Source: Kudoa neothunni
Taxonomy: Eukaryota > Animalia > Cnidaria
Direction: 5' to 3'
Length of the DNA: 64,000 bases
NCBI GenBank assembly: GCA_964304625.1
Contig: OZ199838.1
Span: 13,475,945 to 13,539,944, forward strand
Shown here: in pieces, positions 12,994 through 24,995 of the stretch
Layout of the letters: each line of letters opens with the position of its first letter
Position numbering within the stretch: position 1 is the first letter of the stretch
Made by a program: the position numbers and the translations under genes
The notes under the pieces: model-generated
Told to the model about the DNA's origin: nothing
The model's input: the letters and a program-made list of their open reading frames with translations, nothing else
The model's database searches: none

Positions 12994-14673
12994 CGTGATG
13001 AAGCTTAGCAATGAGATGGGCACGTGACCTAAACAAACCTTGAGATGCGAGTCTTAAAATTTCTTACCTCAAAGTTATCTATTTTACTTTTTGAAAATGT
13101 TTAATTGATGATTTCAGTCAAATCGAAAGTGAATGTATCCTAGATAATTATTTTTACGCAATGTTTTTAAGGAATAAGTCATTTAAAGTTTGATACTCAA
13201 ATAAAATTTTCAGCTTGATTAACATTTGATAATCAAAATTATTTTATAGTTATCTATATAATCAATTTCAAACGTATCTTTTATAAATCGTAACAATTAA
13301 ACAAAGCAGTAGTTTCAACACTACAGTGACTAATGTTTTTGATAGTCTCTTTCAACTACACCGGTGCATGCGTGGGGGATTATAGAATTATATTTATTTC
13401 GCTTTCTCTACAGGTTATAGCGCTATTACAAACAAAATAACTCATAAAAAATGATAAGCTCGAGATGGAGTTGAATTTTAACTAAGGCAAATTCATGATC
13501 CTGTTTTGATGTAATTTTCCATATAGAAAATAATAAAAGGGAGAGAGATTCTTCGGTTAAACATTACGATTTTCAACTAGTTAAACACTATTCGAGTGCC
13601 ACTTTTGGAATTTGCGAGTATCGAAACAAAGATTATGAGAAAATCACAATATTCCTCGACTTATCCCAAATACATTACCTTAACATATTTAAAAATTGTT
13701 GATTAAAAAATATCTAAATCACAAAAACCATTTAAATGCCTCAAATATATAAAGGTTGTTTAACAAAAAGTAATTATATTTATATCTACAGATGTATTTA
13801 AAAGTTAGAAGAAAAACTATTTAACATATAGATGAAGTGCAAGCAACAAGTCAAAATAACTGATATCTTATAAAGTAAATATTATAGTAATAATCAATGA
13901 TTATTCGAATTTTTGGGGTACGAACGCGTAACAAAAAGTTGATACTATCCAGCATTGTTGGCTAGTACGCATTTTTGCCTGTCCCGAAGGGATAACGTAT
14001 TACTCGCCATTCATTGCATTCTATTCTTAAAAAAATATTAAGGTTATTATTTAACATTTATGTGGCGCTAAAATAATAAAATAAATTTCAAAGAGCGAGT
14101 ATCCGTTCAGAATTAAAAACAAATAATTTTTCTTGATTATTTTCAAACGGACGGAGATCATACGTGCATCGGACTCTGGTAAAATAAGAATTAGGTCCAA
14201 ATTTACAAACTATCTTTCTGAACTCAATCATTGAACAAACTATTCATTTGACTCTTTATGAAGAGTCATAAAAGAAGAATTAGAAAAAGCAAGCAAATGG
14301 GCGGTTTTCTAAGTCGCATACTCCGCTTATTAATTTTTAAACTCTAATAAATTAAAATCAACATCAATCAGATCTAAAACCAATAGAAATGTCTCGTGAA
14401 ACATTTTACGTAACAATTCCAATTAAACGTCATTCATATTCATCTCTATTTTATAAGCATAATACACTGAATTAGTCAACGGTTAATTAACGTGTGGAAG
14501 GTTGAATATGTTTCAAAAATTTAAGTTGTTTTTGAAAATATTGTCTTAAGATTTTCAACTTAATATATGATCAAAATTACTAATTACATTATAGCAAAAA
14601 CAAACTTTACCAACTAGTTTGTACAAATCGAATGCACGCAGTGCGCAAAGTGCAACAAGTTAGTCGGGAGGGA

Positions 14674-16097
14674 ATGTCTCTGTGGATTGACAAATATCGT
14701 CCAAAGTCTTTACAGGAGTTAACCTATCACAAGGAACAAGCTCAGAATGTCGGGAATATGGTAGTTTTGAGCCGGATAAATAATAATAATAGAATTCGTT
14801 AAGGTGAGAAAACTGGATTTCCCCCATCTGATCGTATATGGACCGCCTGGAGCTGGAAAAGCTACTAGAGTGCATTGTATTGTAAGAGAGATTTATGGAG
14901 AGGGTGTTGAAAAAATTAAACTGGACCAAAGCATATTTACAGTATTTTCCAAATTAACAAATGGCTATTTATTGTATTTCCTGTTAGACTAATAGCGGCA
15001 AAAAAATTGAGTTGAATATTGTCTCAAGCGCCTACCACATAGAAATAAACCCCAGGTAGAATGACCATATTACAAAGAACAATTCTAATATCTATTGTTT
15101 TATAGTGAAGCCGGTTTGAACGACCGACTAGTGATCCAAGATCTCATTAAAAGTACTGCTCAGTCGGTTCAATTGGTCTCATCAGCCCAAAAACCTTTCA
15201 AAAGTATTTTTTCAACCATATTATGATATCAAGTGACGTTGGCGCAGCTGTTGTAGTTAATGAAGCTGATAAATTATCTCGAGAAGCACAACATGCTCTA
15301 AGAAGAACTATGGAAAAATACGCCCATAGCTGTCGTCTGATTTTGGTTGCAGAATCTCTTTCACCCATTATTCAGGCTGTTCAAAGTCGTTGTTTGTGTT
15401 ATAGAGTGGCTCTGCCTTCAGTGGATATAGTATCAATCTATTTGATAATCAATAGGATGATTTTTTTCTTTTGAAGTTGGTTCAGGTTTTGAGTGACATA
15501 TGCAGAAAACAAAATCTTAACATTACGCCAGAGTTTGCTGCTCGCATTGCGGCCGCTTCAGAGTGTAACTTGAGAAGAGCAATTCTCATGTGTCAAAATT
15601 GTCATTCACAACAGTATTTGGGAGTATTTTGCCGAATTTTTGAATTTGGTTCAGATATCCATTCACAAATGATCAAAATATCGATTTACCTGAATGGGAA
15701 ATGTACATCAAGTTGGTTGCGAAAAGTATTGTGCAAAATCAATCGTCATCAGAGTATTTTTTGTGTCGAAATTGATTTGGCGACGCTTTCGATTAGGATT
15801 GTTAATATTCGTAAAATGCTGTATCAATTGCTCACCAAATGCATTCCCCCTACAATTATCCTTCAGGTAATATACAAAGAATTTGATTGTTCCATTTATT
15901 ATACCATCCTTTAGAAACTATTAGATGAACTGTTGACATATTCGGACGATAACTTCAAGTTGAAGCTTATAGAAATTGCAGCTCAAAAAGAAGCGACTAT
16001 GAAAATGGGTTCCAAGCCCATCTTTCATCTGGAAGCCTTTGTGGTTCATTTCATGTCTATCTACGCCTCCTACATCAAGGAAGGAATTCTAGGATAA
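14674..16097 (+). CDS. RFC3: Replication factor C subunit 3 (RFC3; yeast Rfc5 type), 9 exons, 353 aa
   Basis: MSLWIDKYRP, Walker A GPPGAGKAT, HIEINP, AQHALRRTMEKY, SRC motif, C-terminal IFHLEAFV. Exons 14674-14760, 14804-14941, 14988-15055, 15106-15203, 15248-15429, 15477-15613, 15655-15753, 15797-15866 and 15915-16097 splice into an open 1062-nt CDS. Confidence 0.97.
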
Positions 16098-16530
16098 ATT
16101 GTTTAACATTTTCCAAAAATAGTTGATCTATGTTGTGATATCATTTATCATTTGTCGTTTTTGAAATATTATTTGTATGTAAAATCAATTCTATTCAATA
16201 ATTTCCAATAGCTTGTATTTTTAAGTTTTTCTCGCATCCTTCGCTATTAAAAATTTCAGCTTAAATTTTACGTGGAATTAATTGACCTGATTCATATGAC
16301 AATTTCGCCACGAGCGATTAATCCGTCTCTGTATTAGGTCTTATACAGGAGTTGGCGCCAACTATTCAGTAAACTCTGGTAAAAGATGTAGAAAATTAGA
16401 ACTTGAATCAAATAATAAATAGTCATGCTTGGCTAATGCAATCACCTTTTTTTAATCAAACTTAACTAACACCAAAAAGTTCTTTAGTTTATTGTATAGG
16501 TATTTTAAACAAGGAACGTCAGGTCAATAA

Positions 16531-18449
16531 TCTACTGTATATATAAAGTTCTGTCTGTCAGTGTGTGTGTTTGCAGAAGTACGCTTGCGCCACGGAGAAA
16601 CTTTTTGTAAACACAGCTTTTAGTTTGCATTTGAATAGATGATACCATTAATAAAAATCGTTTAATTACTTAGAAGTATAAATATAATCAATACCGCAGT
16701 CGAAAGTATGGAATTTTCTGGTTGTTTACTCAATTAAAAGATCAAAAAGTACCTACATAATATTGATGTTTGTTTACTTCGGAGTGATAGTCAATTAAAA
16801 TGAACTCTCACTCATTACATACAAAGAAAATCTTTTAATTATTATATAGAATGTTTTAAAAATGTTATATATGTCGTTTGGAGTAATTTTAAGACAAATA
16901 AAACTATTAACGTCGCATTTACAAGAGTTGTTGCATTTCCCTTAAAATTTGAAGCATAACCAAATTATTTAGGATGTATTTTCACTTTTTAAGCGTTATG
17001 GATATAGTTAAGCGAAAAAAATTATGATCATTTTAGATAAAACACATAATTGGAGATTACAAGTTGTTGTCATGTTGGAATAATTTGGGTCTTTATATGC
17101 ATTCTAAAAACGATGTAAGATGTGTGTAGAGTTTTCAAATGATTAAATATTTATGATAACTTCTTAAATTAAAATTTCTTTTTATCAAATATATCGATTG
17201 AGATTGAAACTACATTCGTCTTTTGACAAGTTTTTACTCATTTTTTGGTTCTCCTAAACTTTCTTGCAAAACAACTGGCATAACTAATTCGATAAGTTCC
17301 TACATTTTATGAGATAAGTTTTTAAATAATGTTTAAGTTCTTAGTAACCTAATTATTCCCCGCCCCGCCCCGGACCTTAAGATTAATATTCGAATCAATA
17401 TATAATTTTCTTTTCGCTAAAAATAATTCATTATGAGATAAAGATGCATGAAAATATGTGACACTCAATTCTATATGTAGTTTAAGAATTTATATTCATT
17501 ATTACTTTTGCACAAAATACAGTCCCCTCTCAATGATTGCCATGTAAGTTAATAAGAAATTATTAGTCTATTCGATTTAACCGATATTTTCACCAAGTTT
17601 TCGTTAATCTAAGAATAGTGCAATACGAAGAAATTTTTTAGGGCAATCAAACACTAGGTTTGTTTTCAAAAGGGTGCACTTTTTCGAGAAAACCAGTCGA
17701 TATTTAAATATTTAAGCATTACTGTAATTTTTAAAACCAAAAACAACTTTACATTTTAGATTTAATCGTATTTTGATAATTAAATTTGTATATTTTTGAA
17801 CCAGTAAGTATTATTGTTAAAAAGAAAAGTTTTGTTTATTTAAAAATTGGGAAATTAATTTAAAATAGTGAATACGTAAGTTACCACTCACAGATTTTTA
17901 AAACCTCATTAGCATCCCATATAAAATTGCAAAAAACAGAGTAACAATTAATATTTTTATTTCTGACACACCTTGGGTCGATTATATTTTTTTATCGTTC
18001 GTAGACTAATAATAAATTTTATAACTAAAAGGATTAATTTTTATCGTAAAATTTTGAAAAGAACTGAAAGTCCTATTAAAGTTACATAATGATTTTGTTA
18101 AGTGAATAAATGAACTTAAATCGTTAATTACATCATTCATAAAATTAAGTTGATTATATTTTTGATCAATAATTTGTAAAATAAACTTAAAAATACTCAT
18201 TAGTTTCTCATAATACCTCTATTTATATTTGACTGGAAAGTGTGCGCATAATTTTGTTTTTTTAATCATCACATTGCAAAAATAATGACAAGCTTTAAAA
18301 TGCAATAATTAAAACAGAAAAATAAAATTTACAGGGTTTAAGGTGCTATTTAGATTAAAGCTTCCGTAGAATTTTTCAATTCAGAAATATAATTAAAAGT
18401 TAAAATTTTCCATCACATAATGCCAGGCAAAGCTGGGCATTAGCGCTAG
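16531..18449 (+). mobile_element. Non-autonomous Helitron (about 1.9 kb)
   Basis: A|TCTACTGTATATATAAA 5' end. 3' imperfect hairpin ATGCCAGGC-AAA-GCTGGGCAT then CTAG|T. Inserted between A and T with no TSD. A VAFTRV remnant at about 16912-16929 resembles Pif1 helicase motif VI. Confidence 0.8.
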
Positions 18450-19551
18450 TTAATAATACAATGGGTGACGTGTAATTCGTAATTTGAGAAAATGTTACAA
18501 AATTAACGTAAAAATAAGATTATAATTTGTTAGTTATTTCTCAAGCTATTTAAAAACATTTATTTTACCGTTAAACATATAAATAAAATATTTTTAAATT
18601 AATTAATTATGTTTTGTATGGATTATTTTGTGGTGACGTGTGGTTCGTAACTTTTCATGTGCGTTGAGATTTCCATTTTCGATTAATGGCAAAATGGATG
18701 ACAGAAATAAAATCTGAGTTTGGACATTAAAAGAGAAATATGAAATAATAAAGTTTTTCCAAAACCAGGGGAGACATGAAGCGGAAACAATCTTTGAAAA
18801 TGGCGCCAATATTAGTGATTTTATAAGTGATGTTAACTGTCACAGAGATGACTAGTTTCATAAATATGACTATAGAGCACGAGAAATTATTCCGTTCTAA
18901 ATTGCCTCCCTCATTTGTCTGATTAAGACATTATTTGAAATATCATTGTTTAAATAGTTATAAACATGAAACGGACGTTGAATGAGAAGTAGATAATTCA
19001 TTTGTCAGAAAACTTATAAATATTACTATAATTGAGTAATTTCCCCAAAAATAATTGACCATTATAGCTGATTTATAGCATTTTTTCCTCCCTAGTATCT
19101 CGCGCGCAATCTTAGAAATTACGAACCCCCGTCATCCATTTTACTTGATAGGTTATAATTTTAGCTAGTTTTCCGCATAAAACCCTCCATAGCAATATAT
19201 CTCGAGCAATAACAAATGCTCAAATTGTTACACAATGATTTATCTAATACATTTTTGTTGCTCATGTTACTGTAGTCATGCAACAAGACATTAAGATCAT
19301 TACAACCCGAACTCAGTGGGCTATTGTGCGAAATGTTACTATTATTACGACTTCAATCTTAAAATGGATTACAAAAATTAAACGTTTAACTTGGAGAGAT
19401 GAACGTCTCACTTCAAACTATTAAGTTACATTTACGCGAAAAGAGAATTACGCAGAGGAAAAACGAGATTTTCATTAATACAAATTTAAATCTCTACATA
19501 TTTTATCTATAATAATGTGTTAAATCTGCACAACAAGAATAGAGGATAAAA

Positions 19552-20584
19552 CTATTCCCATAATTTTAACGTGCTATCCAATTCCGTCAAACAATCCTCA
19601 ATATATTCGCAATCAGAGCATGCTGCTTTCCACAGTGAAGATTTATCATGAATTATTTTGATAGATGTAGTTTCAATCACAATACACAAATCGTGGCATC
19701 TAAAACACCATCCTTATTAGTTAAATAGAATAGGAGATTTACGTTTTCAATAGATCGTTAAAGAACTGTATGTAAAATGACTTATCATTTTTGGATTCAT
19801 TCGTCGTGTCAAAAAGATAATCAGTGTAATTAATTAAACTGGAGAGGTGTCCGCTTTCAACAAATTTTTTGGGAAAGTCAACAGGATCCAAAACAAGAAT
19901 ATTCGAAAAGTAACGAATAATATTGTCCTTAGGACCTGAACATTTTCCAACAAATAACATATTTGGAAGAATCGTTTCCAATAAAGACTTAAATTGCTCT
20001 TGAGACTTCATTTGAGGGTAGATTTCAAGTGAACCGCTCAATAATGACGATAGTGTGTCCAAAGATGCAAAAAATAAACGTAAATCTCGTTGATTCTTGG
20101 TGTATTCCGTTACCATTGTGAGGAAATAGTATCCAAAACCTTGTTGAAAAGCCCTGTCTTGGCAAAATTGGTTGTTGGCGAAACAGTACTTGAGAATATT
20201 TAAAATTATCAGAGTGCATTCATTAAAATTGTTGGAAGTGGTGTGTTGAAGTAGATTAATGATATCTTCAAGACCTCCAACACAGAAAAATATCTTTGAA
20301 TAATCTACATTTTCTACCAGCTCATTAAACACGTCAAGTTCATCGCCGAAATTCCCACCCACATCCGCATTGTTATTGTAAAGTTCCCTCTTCAGGTATG
20401 TCCATAAATTTTTTATTTTATTAACCATATCCACTGACATTGTTGAGATCGCATCTTCAAGCCATTTTTGGTCACGCTCACATAGAGGTTTTGTGGAGAC
20501 GACTTTTTTGTCTCCTAATGCAAGCGTCTCCTTGTATAGTTGTTGTATATTTTTAATTTTTTTCTCTTTTGATGAGTTTTCCAT
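19552..20584 (-). CDS. HSPBP1: Hsp70 nucleotide-exchange factor, HSPBP1/Fes1 family (ARM repeats), 2 exons
   Basis: ERDQKWLEDAI, ELVENVDYSKIFFCVGGL and ANNQFCQ motifs. Phase-2 intron at about 19700-19742; the last exon ends LKLWE*. No signal peptide, which argues against SIL1. Confidence 0.8.
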
Positions 20585-21434
20585 CTCTTTTGGTAAGGTT
20601 TACCGTATGCGCGAGATGTTTCTACTTAATTCCATTATAAATCATTTTGTCACGTGGTTAATCATCAGATCATTGCCTTCATTTTTGGATGTATTTTTCA
20701 AATCGTAAATTAATTTTTTCAAATATTGAGAATATGATAAATCAGTATAACGATAATTATTTGTAAGAATAATGAGAGATTTTTTGTGGACAAGTTAATT
20801 TACAAAACTGAATCTATTTTTTTTAACTTCAAGGCTGTATTTGTATTGAATGATCATCCCATAAAACATAACTCTTTTTATATTTTAGTTGGTTTATAAT
20901 GAATTGGTAGTTGAAATTATGCCCATAATAATTTTCACACATTTTTTAAATAATTACGAATTTTGAGATCCCTGTTTTTAGCTTTATGTGTGATTTAAGT
21001 TTAGTGAGGGGAAACACAAAGGTAAATTAGAAGTTTCCATGAAGTAAATACTTGCTGTAACTTTATATTTTTTATGCCAATCAATTGATTGTAGTTTTGT
21101 TAATTATATTTTATAACATTATTTATTATATTAATTTAATTACTATTTTACAAAATTGTATTTTCGAAAACATTTCTTAAATTAAAGCTATTGAAAATTT
21201 ACTAGAACATTTAAGACCGATAAAATTGGTTGACATGTGACAAAAACGACCAAATGTGATAAAACAGTCTTTTAGAATTTTAGAAAAATTTCGATTCTCT
21301 ATAATCAGTTTTCATCTTATATCCAAATGATAAACTTTTGATAAAATTGGGAAACATTTATTAAAAAATGTATAAAGAATATTGCATTATTATTATTATT
21401 ATGAATAATATCGAATTTATTTAATTCTCTAGTG

Positions 21435-23278
21435 TATGGGCTCTCAACCAGATATAATTTTAAATGGCAGGGGGTAAATTAAGTTATTTCAAACAAGGAT
21501 AGGGGCAATTTTTGCATAAATAGTTTGGTGATGTACTTCAGGATTAATAAGGAATTTTATCATTCGGGGCTATAAAACTCAGTAAGTAGACAAAAATGCT
21601 TAAAATTTTTTCCGGAATAAGTATTTAACAACTGTTTATAAAACTATTATCAGTCTCTTTCTTTTATGCCTCGTCGTTATTTTAGTGATGTAGCCTAATA
21701 AGAATATTAATATTTAAGATGACTATTTTCGTGGTGGATAGTATGAAAATTACATTATTTTAACTATTTTTAATTATTTCTGGCCTCTAAATGAAAAAGT
21801 ACGGGTCAGAAATCATTTGACTTAACAAAATCTAAAAAATTAACTTTGTAGACAGCCTAGGAGTGAGGGTTCATGGGATTAAAATTGTCATGGCACAAGC
21901 GTACATGCTTTTTGAGATTAGAATTTACCTTGCAAAAGGCCTCTCTCATAGCTAAACCAATATAAACCTTAAGATAAACATGAATTTTAATTTTAATTCA
22001 ACCGTCTAACGATCATAAAAACGACCTCTCTCCAACGATCATTGGGGGTCGAATCGACTCCACATTTTTATTTTATTTTCCTTTAGTAACAAATATTTTG
22101 TTTCAATTTATAAAATATGTAAGAAATCTATCGACAAAATTTTGAGTAAATTAAAGTTTATTAGCCCATTAATCTTCGATAATCCGTAATTGTACGGATT
22201 CAGACGACTTCGCCATATATCGTTAATATTACATATTGGGAAAACGGCGGCTACATTATGAGATGAGATTCATCTATACAAACTAATTTAATGACGATAG
22301 TTATTATAACTTTTGCGAAACTTTACTGAAATTAAAACGAACATAAAAGGTAGCTTTATGACTTAGTGCACACAAAAAATGACGCAATCGAAGGTTCAAC
22401 CATAACATAACACTACCTATGTAATATATTATTTCCCGTGGATTAATTTTTTATCAATTTTGAAAAAATTAATGCAATATCTAACTGAATGGTCGCTGAA
22501 AAAATTGGGTTTGCACAATCCACAAATAACTGCAATCAAGCATTGATTTGACTCTCAACGACGTATAGATTGTTGGGTCCGGCGGAGAGTTCAAAAAGAT
22601 ACTTTCTGTGCTTGTTCTTGATGTAGATCTTTTTGTAAGATTCTAAACTAACCTATATTTTCTAATAAATGAAATATCGTATATATCCAGATCTTCGTCA
22701 TCAGTTTCTTGAAAGACATTTTCAGTTATATCATCCTCATATTCACTACCAGAAAACTCATCGTTATAAAAAATTAAATTAAAAATCCATAGACATTCTT
22801 CTGATAATAAATTAATACTGAAGAAAAATAAAGTGTACACTATCCAGTGCAATCGATTACCGAAATTGCACATGAGCAATGTTCGATTAGGTTGCGTAAG
22901 ATTAGTTCAAGGATTAATTTCGGGTTTCCTTAGAATTCTGTCGTTAAAATTTTTTAATATCTTACATAACAAATTTAATGAAATTTATGTGCAAAATGAT
23001 GAAATAAAAATGTGGGGTCGATTCAACCCCAAATGATCGTTAGAGGGTATCCTTCGAATTTTGGTTACATATAAAAACCTAAATTATCCAATTATCCTCA
23101 ATTACATAGAAGAATATATTTATAAAGAATAACTTGAATTCAAGAACATTAGAATTAAGGTAGAAAAAATTATATGTTACTCAATTTTACTTTGGGGTCG
23201 ATTCGACCCCCCCCCCCCCTCCCAGTATCGTCAGAGGGTCATGGGGGTAAATTTGGGGAAAACGGCTGAGAACCCATG
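21435..23278. mobile_element. hAT MITE carrying a nested piggyBac-like element
   Basis: TIRs TATGGGCTCTCAACC / GGCTGAGAACCCATG; degenerate 8-bp TSD CTCTAGTG / CTCTGATG. Confidence 0.7.
22002..23238 (-). mobile_element. Internally deleted piggyBac-like element
   Basis: Ends CCGTCTAACGAT / ATCGTCAGAGGG. Three GGGGTC-GAWTC-(G/A)AC(C/T)CC palindromes (22045, 23014, 23194). Acidic transposase-like N-terminal remnant (DEFSGSEYEDD...DDEDLD) on the minus strand. Confidence 0.7.
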
Positions 23279-24995
23279 CTCTGATGAATATGGGATAAAA
23301 AACTACTCTAATGGGACTTGGTTCATTGAATAATTCATTATTTATAATTTCAAAACTTTCTAAGATTACGTGTATTCCTTCGAAATAATATTATTTACAA
23401 TATAACATAAAATAAAAAATTTAAACTATAGTATTGACGAAACTATACATTTTTCACCTTCAATGAATCGGAGGTAGAAAAATACCCTCCAATTTTCTTG
23501 GCGAAAATTAAAGATGGGATAATGTTTAGACTAAATGATGAGGTTTATTATTTTCTGTAATCTAGATTATATGATATAACGCTTACCAATATTAAATAAA
23601 ACTTGTGATTCTGCATACAAATGAGTTTTTGAAAATTGTAGCGAAATTATTATATGACCCACTGATAAAGAGAAACATGACAACCCAAAATCCTAAAAGG
23701 CTCTAATTCTTATTCCAAGGATATATAATTGACAAAACTCTCGAATTAAAATATCAAGATGCAAAATTTACGAAATAAGATTGAGTAAAAAACTAACTTT
23801 GTTTTCTCAATATGCAAAAATACTGCTGTAAGACCCATCTAATGAATGTGTGTGAATCTTGTTTACATTATATACGGTTTATTTATAACACAAAAAACGG
23901 GCTAAACAGTTATGTAGTTCATTATTTTAATTTTATGTCTCAATTAGTACAACACACGGTAAATCGAAATCGGACTTAAAGCTAATGCGACAGTTATTTA
24001 CGAACAAGGTACTTTTGGGATTATCGAAATTATTAATGAATTTATTTACATTTTAACATATTATTCTTTTTTTATATCCATTAAAAATTTCAATATTTCT
24101 TCTTATGTAACTTTTTTGAAGTAAATCATAAAACAAAAATCCATAGTATTTTTCTATCCCAAGGCTCATTGGAATGCAATTGATTTTCGGTGTATTAGAG
24201 GTTTAAAAAATAAATTTTTCAAAATATGTCAGTTTTTGTAGCGATTATCTAAATTTTTATAATTAACCAAAAAACGGTGTTTTAGCCTTATATCCAATCG
24301 CACTCTGTTAAGATTGCCATTGACCGAGAGAAGGGCGGATGATTCATTACCCCATTCTACACTTTCTGATATAAATTTGTCTTGAAATTTCTAAGTTAAT
24401 CAAAAAAATATTAACATAAATAAATCTAACTAAAATAAAGTTCTAATATGTTCTATTGATTGAAAAATTAAAAGATATGTTAATCATCGTACACATAAAA
24501 ATTATATTAAAAAAAAGTCAAACCTATTCCATGAACTTGAGTTATATATTTAGATATCTAATTTTTATTTGAAAACAACAAAATGGGTAAATACTTTGAA
24601 TTTACTTTATTATCTGTTTTCTAAATATCTAGGATTATAAAAAAATAATTTGTGAGGAATATTTTATGTAAAAAAAGAAAAACTATAAAAACAAATATTC
24701 TCTAAAAATATTGTTGTAGATTTGTTAGTTTCATGTTAAACAAATAATTACAGATTACAACAATTTTGGACGAAAAGGGTTTTAATAATGTTAAAAAAAT
24801 ACATTTCTACGTGTTTCAGTTATTTATATCGTTATATATTCAATTTCTAATAAATAATAAAAAACTAAGATATATTTTTAAAGTAATATTCTTTATCTAT
24901 TAGGTCTGTCTATAAATTTTTACAATTTTTAATAGAATTTATTAAAGCATTTATTTTGTAAGTCGAATTAAAATATTTGTTAGAGCTTATATTAA

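Noticed and set aside
10613-13023. A separate minus-strand gene upstream of the 620-aa ORF
   Set aside because: Its N-terminus matches GCN1 and its last donor is phase-compatible with the acceptor at 8540, so it is the 5' part of GCN1.
16281-16528. 10-bp inverted repeat ATTGACCTGA/TCAGGTCAAT with internal palindrome AGTTGGCGCCAACT
   Set aside because: Could be an old MITE, but there is no clear TSD and no second copy in the window.
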